From a virus (taxonomy: Duplodnaviria > Caudoviricetes), in the IMG/VR virus record IMGVR_UViG_3300011113_000415: a stretch of DNA of 64,000 nt; one strand, 5' to 3'. Under the pieces are notes generated by a model. The model was not told the origin of the DNA. It did no database searches and worked only from the letters and a program-made list of their open reading frames with translations. Of this stretch, positions 37,772 through 48,139 are shown in pieces (position 1 is the stretch's first letter; every line of letters begins with the position of its first letter). Position numbers and translations under genes: made by a program.

Positions 37772-40700
37772 TAGATCACTCCACTGCCAGGAGCAGTTCT
37801 AATATTTGTGCTGGTCAATGCTGTAATTACTTCTACACTTGAAACTCCGGCACCATTCACAAATATTTCACTAGGCGCACTGCGTATTTCATACAAATCA
37901 CCAAAACTCTTTAAAGGGTCCAAAGGAACCAATACCACTGAACTGACCACTCCGCCCATGTTGGAATGAATATAGGCCGCCAGTTCTGAAAAATAAAACG
38001 TTTGTCCAAAATCCCATTTGTCAATGCTGAAATAAGTGTTGAGATTGGCTATCACTAGATTTTTTATTTCACTTTCGCTGGCTGTGCTGTCGGCAGCACG
38101 AATTACCTTGATTGTGGCTTGCAGTTCTTTGGCTGCTTTGGGACCAAACAAGGGTTTGAATACCACGCTGTTCACAATCACATTGTCGCTGATCATCTTG
38201 TAGTCATTGAGTCCCTGATAGGCCGTGCTGAGTTCGTCTATAGTAGGCACAGGAGGTTTAGGCACTGTGTTGGTGGTGTCCTTGATCCAGTTTTGATAGG
38301 CAAAATAATAGGCTTGATTGACCACATACAGATCAATTATGTTGGTTGTGCCTGGGTCAATTCTACTGGTCAGTGGCGCATTGTGTCTGTATTGATAGTA
38401 GAGACTTTGACGACCGGTTCTGGCCAGCCATTCGTTGCTGACTTCTAGCAAACTGCGCACACCTGTGCCGCTGATGATCAGTTGATAAAAAGCACCCACT
38501 TGACCGGCCAAGGGTCCAATGCCAATGGTTTGGTTGTAGGCATAGAAAATTTGTCCGGGCACAAACTGTGCCATGACCACTTCTATATCATCTTTGGTGG
38601 CATATTCTGAAACCACGCGACCTGGTTCAACCAACAAGTAACGTTGCAGATTGTCAAAGTCCACGGTCTTTTCAAAGAAAACAAGTTTGGTGGTGGGATT
38701 TACAGTGGGTGCCACTATTTCATCAAAGAAGTCAGGATCATCTGGAACGCCATCTGAATCTGAGTCTTGATAACTCACAAACACCTGATAGTCATCCACA
38801 AAACCGTCGCTCTCAACTGGTTGTCCCACAATAGCCAATTTGATATCTCCGGGCAAGGGCACATTGGTATCGGGTTGTGAATTGGTTTTGAGAACATTTA
38901 CAAAATCAGAGATCACAGTGCCGGTACGGCTATCATATATGCGTTGGTTGGTTTCAAAGAAAAATCTGGTTTGAATCACTGATCCAAACAAATAAAACAG
39001 CGCACGACTGGTTACTGAATAGGTGGTTCCGTTGCTGACAAATTGTATCAACCAAGAAGCATCTTGATTGGTACCAGATGTTGATTGTGCATTGGTCAAA
39101 CTGAATGTGGCATCCACTGCTAGATTTGTGCTTGTGATCACATACCACGTGGCAGTGGTATTGTTGTAGCCAAGACCAAAATTGCGATTCAACAATATCT
39201 GATTGGTTATATCAGTGATATTGGTTGTGGTGAAATCTGTCACGAACAACGGAATCACTGCTACAGGTATGGCACCAGTAGGCACAAAATTATTCAAAGT
39301 CACTGGGCCTGTGCCATCAGCAAAATTGCCTTGACCTTGATTGGTTCCGTCCAGCACTATGGCTGTGGGACTGGCCCACAGTATCAGTTTGTCATTGTCT
39401 TGACTGGGCGTGCCTAGTTTGAGTCTGTTGTTGCCGTCAAAATAGTAACCAGTGGGAGGTGCAAACTGTACCAAAGCACCAACTTGTATGTATTTGCTTG
39501 CTGTACTGCTGAATGTGCCAATGGCAGCAGGATTACCTAGAGAATTGACAAAATAACCAGTGGTCTCGTTGGCCAGTGTAGTACTCTGATTCCAGGTAAA
39601 ATTCAAAACTGTTAGATTGGGTCTTGGAAAATTTGCGTAGTAGAATTGATCCAGACCAGTGGACACCAACAGAGGTTGTACACTGTCAGTTATCACTGTG
39701 GCAATGTCATTGCGTGTTAGCCATGTGAAGTTAAATGTTGGCAGTTGATTTTCTTGCCACAAGGCACCGTCACTGCCAAAAGAATTGGTACTGGAATACT
39801 TGCCTGTGTTGTCTACTAGATCAAGATATCGTGAAGTGCCAATTGAGGCTCGGTTTAGAGCCTTGCTTTTGATAATTGAATTGTACAAGGTAAACGGAAA
39901 GTTGTTGTAGTCTTCACCGTTGACCATGCGGTTCTGTGTGTAGTATCTAGCCGGCGCACGTTGTTTGATTTCGTCTAGAGTCTCTCTAGGTTGTGCATTG
40001 CTCACAGGTTGTGTGATACCGCAAGTGAAAGTGATTGTTTCCAATTGCCCTGTACGACTCACATAACTGATGGGTATGACCACACTCTGCATTTCTTCTG
40101 GATTGATAATGTAGGCCAAACCGTTTGAGGCTCGAACATAGGCACGGAACGTGCCCACAGGAATAGTACTGAATACTCCATCTCCGAATGTCAATGTGAT
40201 TTGATCATTGGTTCTGCTGACCACTGAAAAAAGTTTTCTTTGATCAGGTGCCAGTTGTTCTGCGGCTGCCGCATACACACTCTGCACATACTGCCATTCA
40301 AATTGCACATTTCCCACTGTGTCCAGTTGATACAGCCAACGATCTTCGTTGTTGACACCTTCTATGTTGATGTTTACTGTGCGATTGGCAATGCGTTCGC
40401 CAAGATTGAAATCTTGATTTTGCAACACGCCCTGTTTGAAGTAAAAGAAGTATCCGGTGTTGGCACTGGCAAAGCCCAGTTGATCATTGCGGAACAAGAG
40501 GTTGAAAATGCCGTTGGGCAAGGGACTGGGTTCATACACATAGTCTCGACCCACAGAAGTGGAACTCACTGCCTCAAATGGCATGTTGATGCCGTCCACT
40601 GTGGCTGTGTAAGGAATTACTGGCAAGTAACCAGGCACCAGGTTGATGCTGTATTCAGATGTGTCAACTCCCACAATGGTTTGTTTGGCGCCAGGACGGC

Positions 40701-41211
40701 CCACACGTTGTGTGTCCACCAAGGCAGCATTCAAAATCGCAGTAAACTGTTCTACCCAGTTGAAGTTTGTGGGATCATTCCAGTTTATGGTTACATTGGC
40801 TAGATTAACACCGTTGAAGTCAGTGACATTTTCAGTGGTTTGCACCGAAAACACTTTGAGATAACCTTGTGCGGCTTGATTGCGCTTGGGAGTGTAACTG
40901 ACCAGTTCTGCCAGTTTGACCACTGAATCTCTGCGCTCGGCTGTGCCTAGATAGTTTTCTCTGGTGTTGAGGTCATTGCGGAAACTCATGGCTTGACCCA
41001 TGAACGCAATCACATCCAGCATGGCAATAAATTCTGAACTTTCAATGTAGTCATTGAAACTTTCAGGATAGTACTGACGTATGTAATCTACAAAACTCTT
41101 GCGCAGGGTTTCAAAGTCATAACTTTGAAAGTCTGCTTCGCGATAGGTTTGATAGATTCTTTTCCAATCTTCAACGCCAAATACAACTGTTTGTCTTGTG
41201 GTACGTGCCAT
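37771..41211 (-). CDS. gp6: Baseplate wedge subunit, T4 gp6-like
   Basis: SYTPKRNQAA; ETLDEIKQRAPARYYTQNRMVNGEDY resembles the gp6/baseplate-J motif; adjacent to gp25. Confidence 0.85.
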   Translation of the reverse strand: MARTTRQTVVFGVEDWKRIYQTYREADFQSYDFETLRKSFVDYIRQYYPESFNDYIESSEFIAMLDVIAFMGQAMSFRNDLNTRENYLGTAERRDSVVKLAELVSYTPKRNQAAQGYLKVFSVQTTENVTDFNGVNLANVTINWNDPTNFNWVEQFTAILNAALVDTQRVGRPGAKQTIVGVDTSEYSINLVPGYLPVIPYTATVDGINMPFEAVSSTSVGRDYVYEPSPLPNGIFNLLFRNDQLGFASANTGYFFYFKQGVLQNQDFNLGERIANRTVNINIEGVNNEDRWLYQLDTVGNVQFEWQYVQSVYAAAAEQLAPDQRKLFSVVSRTNDQITLTFGDGVFSTIPVGTFRAYVRASNGLAYIINPEEMQSVVIPISYVSRTGQLETITFTCGITQPVSNAQPRETLDEIKQRAPARYYTQNRMVNGEDYNNFPFTLYNSIIKSKALNRASIGTSRYLDLVDNTGKYSSTNSFGSDGALWQENQLPTFNFTWLTRNDIATVITDSVQPLLVSTGLDQFYYANFPRPNLTVLNFTWNQSTTLANETTGYFVNSLGNPAAIGTFSSTASKYIQVGALVQFAPPTGYYFDGNNRLKLGTPSQDNDKLILWASPTAIVLDGTNQGQGNFADGTGPVTLNNFVPTGAIPVAVIPLFVTDFTTTNITDITNQILLNRNFGLGYNNTTATWYVITSTNLAVDATFSLTNAQSTSGTNQDASWLIQFVSNGTTYSVTSRALFYLFGSVIQTRFFFETNQRIYDSRTGTVISDFVNVLKTNSQPDTNVPLPGDIKLAIVGQPVESDGFVDDYQVFVSYQDSDSDGVPDDPDFFDEIVAPTVNPTTKLVFFEKTVDFDNLQRYLLVEPGRVVSEYATKDDIEVVMAQFVPGQIFYAYNQTIGIGPLAGQVGAFYQLIISGTGVRSLLEVSNEWLARTGRQSLYYQYRHNAPLTSRIDPGTTNIIDLYVVNQAYYFAYQNWIKDTTNTVPKPPVPTIDELSTAYQGLNDYKMISDNVIVNSVVFKPLFGPKAAKELQATIKVIRAADSTASESEIKNLVIANLNTYFSIDKWDFGQTFYFSELAAYIHSNMGGVVSSVVLVPLDPLKSFGDLYEIRSAPSEIFVNGAGVSSVEVITALTSTNIRTAPGSGVI

Positions 41212-41227
41212 AATGTTCCGTTTCTTT

Positions 41228-41233
41228 TATTTA
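41228..41233 (-). promoter_or_regulatory. Late-type promoter (AA)TAAATA
   Basis: 16 nt upstream of the gp6 ATG, GGA in the leader. Confidence 0.55.
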
Positions 41234-41254
41234 TTGCAAAAATAAACGGCGTAG

Positions 41255-41629
41255 TTATACGTAACTGGCTCGTCTTGTTTCTTGATTAAAAAATATGCTG
41301 AGTTGTTCTGCTGTGGTGCCTGGCACTATTTGCACTTGCAATTCTATCAAGACTCCGTTTTGCTGGGGATAATAATTTATGTCGCTAAGGTATACTCTTG
41401 GGTCACCGCCGGCTATGCGCTGTATTTCAGCAATTGTGGCCTGTTCAGTTGTGATGTCTTGATTTTCAAACACATAGTCCAGCAGTGTTGATCCATAATC
41501 AGGTCGGCCAGGTAGTGTGCCTTGGCGGATGTTGAATGCATTAAGAAGATCACGCTTGACCAATTCCCCGTCGACAAGCGTGAATTTTTTGTATTGATTG
41601 ATGGTACTATACCCGATAAATGTGGCCAT
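41255..41629 (-). CDS. gp25: Baseplate wedge subunit/sheath initiator, gp25-like
   Basis: VKRDLLNAFNIRQGTLPGRPDYGSTLLDYVFE...DPRV matches the GPW/gp25 pattern. Confidence 0.85.
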   Translation of the reverse strand: MATFIGYSTINQYKKFTLVDGELVKRDLLNAFNIRQGTLPGRPDYGSTLLDYVFENQDITTEQATIAEIQRIAGGDPRVYLSDINYYPQQNGVLIELQVQIVPGTTAEQLSIFFNQETRRASYV

Positions 41630-41634
41630 ACAAG

Positions 41635-41640
41635 TATTTA
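41635..41640 (-). promoter_or_regulatory. Late-type promoter (CA)TAAATA
   Basis: 5 nt before the gp25 ATG; no SD. Confidence 0.6.
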
Positions 41641-41650
41641 TGTTACTAAA

Positions 41651-43096
41651 TTACCAGAAACTAGCAATAAACTCAAAGGCCTCTTCGGCCAATGGTGCGG
41701 CATCAGCAAGAACTGAGTCTGCTCCACCTAATAAATCTGCAGGCAATTCAAATGCTGAAATATCAAGTTCGGTCAAATCAAGTGGTATGTCAAGTGCGGC
41801 CGACGAGAAGTCAATATTTGACAATATGTCCGATGCTCCGGGTATGTTGCTCAACAGGTCGGCGGCTCCTGGAAGATTACTAACTTTGCTGAGCAATTGC
41901 GAGGCACCTTGTATTTGATTCACTAGACCTTGTCCTGATTTTATTAATGACAAAATGTTGTTTGCACCTGGCACCTGAGACAGTACTGCTAATCCTGCTG
42001 ATGATTGTGCCAATTGTGTTAACAGTATTGATGAAGACTGGTTAACAGCAGCCACCTGAGAACTTTGTGCTCTAGCATCAACTCCCAACACAGGATTGGC
42101 AAATATGTTACGAGGTATCTTGTTGTTGCCAATTATGCTGTTGAAAGCGGTATCTATCACTGATCGATTTACTGTGTTAGAATAGCCTCGAGGAGTTTGA
42201 ACGCCTGTTTGTAAAGGATTACCTCCGCCGCTTACAGACTGGTTCACTGTGCCAAAATTCTGACCAAATATTGAATTAATGGCTGATGTAGTCAACTGAC
42301 CAATATCGCTACCACCTACTGTATTGTTTAACCAAGAGGTGGTTGCACTTATTCCATAGTTGGCCGCATTGTTGACCACTGCACCTAGATCTGTATTGGA
42401 ACTCAGTAGATTATTTGTAGTGGTAGACACAACTCCTAAATTAGATAGATTGTCGTAACTGGTTGCCAATGTACTTTGTTGTGTTATACTTTGTAGGGTT
42501 GGGTTAGACAGTATTGAATCCAAACTGTCTGCACCGCCTACCCCAGTCCATACTGTAGGACTACTGAGAGTGCTGACTAAGTTTGCAGGATCTTGATTGA
42601 TCAATTCTGCTGTGCCTGGTTTGATCAGCCCTGCTTGTTGCAACTGATCTGGGGTGAGTCCGTAGGTGCCCAGACCTTTTTCGTTGGTAATTTCTGTGGC
42701 CGGCTGATTCACTGCCGCGGCAGTAGACGAAAGTAATCCTTGTATCTGTGTTGTTGATAGTGGACCTACTGTACTGCTTGCCAACACTGGAGTATTGACA
42801 AAAGTTGAAATGTTTACTGGATTTTGTGCAGGAAGATTTGGTATTTTGGTTATCGCACTGCCTATTTGAGATATAGTGCTTGGTGTAATAGATGAGGTAA
42901 CTTGAGCCAGTGCTGTGGCAAGACCACCTTTGGCCTGAACCAAACTGTTTAATATATCACCAGACCGTAGTCCTGTTAGGCTACCAGTGTTGTACTGTTG
43001 ATTAAAGATGGCCAAGGCTTGGTCATAGGTAGATCCTGCTGGCCCAGTAACTTCAATTGGTTGACCTGTAGGGGTAACAAACTTAAAAACGTTCAT
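41651..43096 (-). CDS. Tail-associated protein with a possibly degenerate lysozyme-like segment; start moved to ATG 43096
   Basis: GLGTYGLTPDQLQQAGLIKPG...WTGVGGADSLDSILSNPTLQ; ATGA overlap with the gp5 stop. Confidence 0.45.
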   Translation of the reverse strand: MNVFKFVTPTGQPIEVTGPAGSTYDQALAIFNQQYNTGSLTGLRSGDILNSLVQAKGGLATALAQVTSSITPSTISQIGSAITKIPNLPAQNPVNISTFVNTPVLASSTVGPLSTTQIQGLLSSTAAAVNQPATEITNEKGLGTYGLTPDQLQQAGLIKPGTAELINQDPANLVSTLSSPTVWTGVGGADSLDSILSNPTLQSITQQSTLATSYDNLSNLGVVSTTTNNLLSSNTDLGAVVNNAANYGISATTSWLNNTVGGSDIGQLTTSAINSIFGQNFGTVNQSVSGGGNPLQTGVQTPRGYSNTVNRSVIDTAFNSIIGNNKIPRNIFANPVLGVDARAQSSQVAAVNQSSSILLTQLAQSSAGLAVLSQVPGANNILSLIKSGQGLVNQIQGASQLLSKVSNLPGAADLLSNIPGASDILSNIDFSSAALDIPLDLTELDISAFELPADLLGGADSVLADAAPLAEEAFEFIASFW

Positions 43097-44601
43097 TTGA
43101 CTTGGAAATCCCATCCCGAGGGCACTGCCTCAGCAGTAGGAGGTGGTGTGGGCTGTCCATCAACAAAATCTACTACCACACTCACACCTTGGTTGTGATA
43201 TTTATAGGGCTCGTGTGTGGGTGCTCGAGTCACAATACTTTCTAGGGCACCTGTTTTGACTTGCCAACCTGTACTGTTGTTAAAAGTAGTATCATCAAGA
43301 GTGCGCTTGGGATACAGTTTAGGAGGTGTTACTGTTTTGGCCGACCCACCATTGAGATCAATACGTCCTGCCTTGAGTGCTAGTTTTGTTCCGCCTTGCC
43401 AGGAACTGGTTGCACCTTGCAGACTCAAACTGCCATCACTGCGAACTCCTAATGCGGCTGTGCTGTACAAGGTCATGCCTGCTTCGGCTGCCAGGTTCAT
43501 TGTGGTCACTGCACCAATGTTGGTGGCTGCACCGCTCTTCATACTGATATTGCCGCCAGCATACATGTTGATGTCCTTGTCAGCATGCAAGTTGATTGTG
43601 CCTTCTGTGCGCACGTTCACAGAGTTAGTAGAATACACATCCACGGTGCCTTCGACTCCCAGTTCAATCCAGGTTTGTCCATTGGCATGAGCAATGTAGA
43701 TAAAGTCGTTGGAGTCATTCATCATGATCTGATGACCTTTGGCTGACCTTAGGCGAAACAAGGCATTGTTGCTGTCAAGGTCTCCGTCGTCCATGACCAA
43801 AGTATGTCCACCGTAACGACCAATTACTTGCACATCTTGTGGGTTCACTGAGCCTGTGCTTAATTGTTTACGAATTGTGTTGGGATCTTGTCCTCCAGCA
43901 TAGATTGGTATTCCTGGAGTTGATATACCATACACAGTGCTGGGACTTTCTCTCTGTGCGCTTGATCCAATGGGACCACGTTCAGGATCATTGCTGAGTC
44001 CTTGTTGAAAATATATGGCAGCCTGTACCGAATGGACTGGTTTGGGTTGATCGTAGAACTTGGGATTTTTATCAATCTGTTCGTTTTCGTTATTGATTTC
44101 GGTCACTGGCAACTGTGGAGCCTTGGCAAAATATGCTGCCTGTGCTTTGTTACCAGACACATATTGACTCTTGGGCACAGCACCAATGGCTGGTATCATG
44201 CGATTCACGCCAGGATCGGGTATGCACCCAATGTAGTAGCCAAGGTTAGGATCACCATTCACAAACAAACACAAAACTCGTGTGCCTATGTCAGGTGGTG
44301 TGAACCACATGCCATAACTTTGTTGGTTGCCAGGATATGAACCCACTCCTGTACTGGCACTGTTTTTTTCTGTAACACCATAAAAAGGCGGCAGGTAGTT
44401 GACCAAGCGCCAGCCTGCAGGATTGTCTTCAGGATTGTCTCCACTGAACTGCTGGATGTAGACCCATAGCCTACCAGATCTAATGCTGTCTATGTTGTTT
44501 TTGACCACGCCCACAAAAGGGCCCACGTCGGCAATTTGCCCGCCGCGATCAAATTTGAAATTGTCTGCTCTTCCTGAACTGCGTTCTAGATTTTCTGCCA
44601 T
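43093..44601 (-). CDS. gp5: Baseplate central spike, gp5/VgrG-like (OB fold plus beta-helix, no internal lysozyme)
   Basis: GVVKNNIDSIRSGRLWVY, PPDIGTRVLCLF..GDPN.GYYIG, GHTLVMDD, beta-helix repeats, APTHEPY. Confidence 0.8.
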   Translation of the reverse strand: MAENLERSSGRADNFKFDRGGQIADVGPFVGVVKNNIDSIRSGRLWVYIQQFSGDNPEDNPAGWRLVNYLPPFYGVTEKNSASTGVGSYPGNQQSYGMWFTPPDIGTRVLCLFVNGDPNLGYYIGCIPDPGVNRMIPAIGAVPKSQYVSGNKAQAAYFAKAPQLPVTEINNENEQIDKNPKFYDQPKPVHSVQAAIYFQQGLSNDPERGPIGSSAQRESPSTVYGISTPGIPIYAGGQDPNTIRKQLSTGSVNPQDVQVIGRYGGHTLVMDDGDLDSNNALFRLRSAKGHQIMMNDSNDFIYIAHANGQTWIELGVEGTVDVYSTNSVNVRTEGTINLHADKDINMYAGGNISMKSGAATNIGAVTTMNLAAEAGMTLYSTAALGVRSDGSLSLQGATSSWQGGTKLALKAGRIDLNGGSAKTVTPPKLYPKRTLDDTTFNNSTGWQVKTGALESIVTRAPTHEPYKYHNQGVSVVVDFVDGQPTPPPTAEAVPSGWDFQVK

Positions 44602-44610
44602 TGTTTTTCC

Positions 44611-46281
44611 TTATCCTGGGTTGCCGTCTTTGACTATGGGCTGTGGTCCTGTGCGAATGCCAGGTAGTGCAGTGCCTTGATTATTGTTTGTTCCGGCTGC
44701 CGATGCGGCTCGTGCAATCTCCAAGGCCTGGACATCGTTCTTGCCGGCCTTGCGAGCCTCAATATAAGCAGGTGACCCACGCAGTTCTGCATTACTGGCC
44801 GTGGGCGGCACATCAACTGGATGCAGAATCTGTTGTACACCTTTGGCCAAACTGGATTGTTGGCTTGCCACTGCGCGATTTTGTGTTTCTTGCTGTTGTT
44901 GACGTTGTCTGGCTGCTCGGTCAACTGGCGCCTTGGTTTCTCTTGCCACTGATGAAGGTGCATTTACTTGAGCACTTGCATTGTAGGTGATCCATTGTCC
45001 TTCCAATTCCTGGGTGAACTTGCCCCCTTTAAACACATGAGTGGCCTTGCTGGCAACGTAAAGTGTTGAAACTGTGTTGCTTCCTCCAGGTTGGCTGGGT
45101 GCTGTGGAGGCATCTATCAATCCTGTTTGTAGATTGTAATCTGCAGGTGTGTTGAATGTGATTTCAAAATAAGATCCGCTGACCATGGAGTTGATAGAGC
45201 CATCAGCCAAAAAAGGTTTTGCGCTGAACATTTCAGGCGACACATACTGTGTGAGATGACTGGGTAGCCAGGCAGGATCCCCCACTATGGTTATTTTTGC
45301 TTTGGCAAGATCAGACGAGTACAAAAAGTCTGCGGCATTGGCCCCAGGTTCCATGGTATTTTGTTCGCCGCCTTGATTGCTCTGGCCGCTGGCAGGAAAC
45401 ACATTGGTTTTCCAGGTCTCTTGATAGTTAGGGTTGGTTTGAAAATTGGCCTTTTGTACTCGAACTTCTGGCACAGTGTTGCCAGTGATGGCCTGGGTCC
45501 ATTGATTGTTGAATGACTGTTCAAAACTCAGTACCGAACTATTTTCGCCTGTGAACCAGTATTTGTAGGATTTGTGAACACCTCGATATTTGCCTGAATT
45601 GAAATATGTGCTCAACACAGGAGTTTCAAAAGGCACTACATAAAACTTCATGCGATAGGCATGGTCTTTTCTTTTGAAATCATAGCCCAGCATGGTTATG
45701 TTGCATAGAACATGAAACCATGCAAACTGATCAGACAGTTTTGAAGTCCTTGGTTCCCAAATCTCTTTGGTTTGATTCCATATTATTTTAGACTGATCTT
45801 GGATGTAGTTGCTGCCTCTAATGACCTGATCAATAAATTGAACAATTTGCTGGCCTGCTGAACATGCGCGAGCACGAGATTTGGGATCCATGCTTTGCCG
45901 AGATGGGTCCAGTTGTTGTGCGGCAGTGCCGCCTTTGGATCCCACTGCCAGTGATTTGTCTAGGCCGCCTGGTGGCACAACCACAGCATCACTGATGATT
46001 TTGTCTGAAAATTCAATCTCATATATGTCCGCAATTTCAATCTGTCCATTTTTGACCAAATTCAATTGATAGGCATTCAAGGCTGCTATGAGCCCGGTGC
46101 CCACTGTGTCAGTTGAAGGCTTGGGTGCCGCACTGGCCTTGGGCGGTGCTTGAGTGGTGGGGTTGGAAAGACCCAAGAATGCAGGAGGCTGTGCTGTACT
46201 GCCTGGACCAAAAACTGTGTTGGCAGGTTTGATAGGAACAGTGTTGGGTATTATTCCTAATGATTGAAAAGGATTAGCCAT
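44611..46281 (-). CDS. Baseplate hub-like protein, C-terminal part (gp27-like position)
   Basis: 556 aa immediately upstream of gp5; ITIVGDPAWL...FNTPADY...HVFKGGKFTQELEG. Confidence 0.5.
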   Translation of the reverse strand: MANPFQSLGIIPNTVPIKPANTVFGPGSTAQPPAFLGLSNPTTQAPPKASAAPKPSTDTVGTGLIAALNAYQLNLVKNGQIEIADIYEIEFSDKIISDAVVVPPGGLDKSLAVGSKGGTAAQQLDPSRQSMDPKSRARACSAGQQIVQFIDQVIRGSNYIQDQSKIIWNQTKEIWEPRTSKLSDQFAWFHVLCNITMLGYDFKRKDHAYRMKFYVVPFETPVLSTYFNSGKYRGVHKSYKYWFTGENSSVLSFEQSFNNQWTQAITGNTVPEVRVQKANFQTNPNYQETWKTNVFPASGQSNQGGEQNTMEPGANAADFLYSSDLAKAKITIVGDPAWLPSHLTQYVSPEMFSAKPFLADGSINSMVSGSYFEITFNTPADYNLQTGLIDASTAPSQPGGSNTVSTLYVASKATHVFKGGKFTQELEGQWITYNASAQVNAPSSVARETKAPVDRAARQRQQQQETQNRAVASQQSSLAKGVQQILHPVDVPPTASNAELRGSPAYIEARKAGKNDVQALEIARAASAAGTNNNQGTALPGIRTGPQPIVKDGNPG

Positions 46282-47837
46282 TATAATCCTCCGCCACCAA
46301 AGGCCATGCCTTGATCATTTATTGTGTTTGGATCTGTTCCTGCTACAACAGGAGGAACAGAAGAAATTGGCACATCATTTCTGGTGTTATCACCTGCGGC
46401 TTGACTGGCTGTTTGTTGTTTGATTTGACCAACCAGGATATCTTTTACTGTGGTTCCTGTAAACTGCATGTTGAAAGGTATACTGCCTCGGTTGATACTG
46501 AATCCAATATTGGTACTGGGCACAGCACCAGTAATTCTATATTCTGTCAATTTGCTACTGACTGAATAATTCAAACTGGTCTGTTGATAAAATATGAATT
46601 TTTCCACAGCCGCATTGGGATCTGTGCTGCCAATGCTGTTGGTTATGGGTTGAACCAATTGTCCTGCTTCATTATACCCATAGAATCTTATGGCCAAACA
46701 ATACATCACTGATGAATAATTGATAAAACTGCCTGTTGCAGAATTTTTTGTATCGGTTTGGCTGTAAATTTCGTTTACGGCACGATAAAGATTGAGTGGC
46801 AGTGTGACTCCGTTGGGTTCGCTTATGGTAAATGACACATTCACGTAGGCCATTGGCCCACCAGAGTCAAGGCCGGCTGGATAAGCAGTCTCCATTGTGA
46901 GATTGTCAATGTAGTAATCCAAATTGAAATACTGATTACGTGAGGCTCCAACCACTGTGGTTCCTGGAACGGTGTCAAGATATGTTTTGTTGTATGCTGG
47001 AACAGTGACATCGATTGGAGTGCTGACTCTTGTGCCTGGTGCTGTGCCTGCTCCGCCACTTTGTGCCAAGAGGTAATAACCACTGAGTTCAGGATTTTTC
47101 ATTCTTATGATGTTTGAATTGTATGATGTTGGCGTGGCCAGGTACCAACTGATAGAGTAGGTGTAACTGGCATAATTATCCAATACATTTGCCTTTTCAA
47201 ATATAGGATTTTTTTCCGCAGAGTACAAGTCATTCAAAGTGTTGGCAACTACGTTGGGTGTCTGTGGTGTGTTGTCATCTCTAGGACCGCCGGCTCCTGG
47301 TCCACCTAGATCTGTACGTCTAGGATCACGAGAGGCAAAATCAGCGGTGCTTTGTCCTGCACCTGCGCCGGCTGTGGCACGATTGCTGGCATTGTTGATG
47401 GCTTGTGTTTGCGAAGTGGGTCGCAAATTGGCATTGGTTCCGTCGGTGGGTGTGTTTTCCGAGGTAGGAGTTGGGTTGGCATTGGTGCCTGATCTAGGTT
47501 CCACTTGTTCAATGCGTTTGTCTGGAGTCAGTATCTGTTGTCCTGTTATGGGACGAGAGGCATTGGCATTTTCATCTCTGGCCTGATTGGCATTGCCTAC
47601 GATAGCACCCGAACTGGCCACAGGTTGTTGGGCAAAGTTGTTGTACTCAATCAACACGATGTCAAGTCGTTGTTGCAATTCTGCCAAATAAGATCTTGCA
47701 CTTTCAATTTGTTGTTGCAATCTAGCGTTGCCAGGTGCTTGAGCCAAGATGGCTTCATCTCTGGCAATAATTGCTTGTTGTTGCTTGATTTCGGCTTGAA
47801 TTCTTGCTAGTTCGGCAGCCCAGGGATTTGTTGCCAT
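46281..47837 (-). CDS. Baseplate hub-like protein, N-terminal part, with coiled-coil N-terminus; start moved to ATG 47837
   Basis: NVLDNYASYTYSISW, YYIDNLTME, FTISEPNGVTL; follows the LysM-like gene. Confidence 0.5.
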   Translation of the reverse strand: MATNPWAAELARIQAEIKQQQAIIARDEAILAQAPGNARLQQQIESARSYLAELQQRLDIVLIEYNNFAQQPVASSGAIVGNANQARDENANASRPITGQQILTPDKRIEQVEPRSGTNANPTPTSENTPTDGTNANLRPTSQTQAINNASNRATAGAGAGQSTADFASRDPRRTDLGGPGAGGPRDDNTPQTPNVVANTLNDLYSAEKNPIFEKANVLDNYASYTYSISWYLATPTSYNSNIIRMKNPELSGYYLLAQSGGAGTAPGTRVSTPIDVTVPAYNKTYLDTVPGTTVVGASRNQYFNLDYYIDNLTMETAYPAGLDSGGPMAYVNVSFTISEPNGVTLPLNLYRAVNEIYSQTDTKNSATGSFINYSSVMYCLAIRFYGYNEAGQLVQPITNSIGSTDPNAAVEKFIFYQQTSLNYSVSSKLTEYRITGAVPSTNIGFSINRGSIPFNMQFTGTTVKDILVGQIKQQTASQAAGDNTRNDVPISSVPPVVAGTDPNTINDQGMAFGGGGL

Positions 47838-47839
47838 GT

Positions 47840-48139
47840 TTAGAATCCTAACACGTTGCGTAGTGTGCTGAGTTTGGGCAGATAGATTTGAGTACCTGCC
47901 CGGAAGTCTAGTGGTGGTGCTTGTAGTGTGTTGGGGTTGCGTTGATAAAACACCCACCACAAGGCCGCAGTTGAATACAAGTCATAGGCCAACAAATCAG
48001 GTCTGTACTGATAGGTTTGATTGATCAACATTATGGTATCATCTGTTTCTTTGGGTATGGGCCGATTGGTCATGGTATCCAAAAAGAACTGACTGTATCC
48101 AGTGGCAAAATAAGGACTGGTTGCGTTGTAGGTGGCCAT
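47840..48139 (-). CDS. Baseplate wedge gp53/LysM-like protein
   Basis: YQYRPDLLAYDLY...LWWVF..RNPNTL...F..G..IYLP. Confidence 0.75.
   Translation of the reverse strand: MATYNATSPYFATGYSQFFLDTMTNRPIPKETDDTIMLINQTYQYRPDLLAYDLYSTAALWWVFYQRNPNTLQAPPLDFRAGTQIYLPKLSTLRNVLGF

Noticed and set aside
46281-47960. Extended starts in the ORF track (also 13925, 17707, 18941, 43114, 53213, 55784, 57915, 58676, 62611)
   Set aside because: They run deep into neighbouring genes; downstream ATGs give tidy ATGA/TAATG coupling or follow promoter motifs
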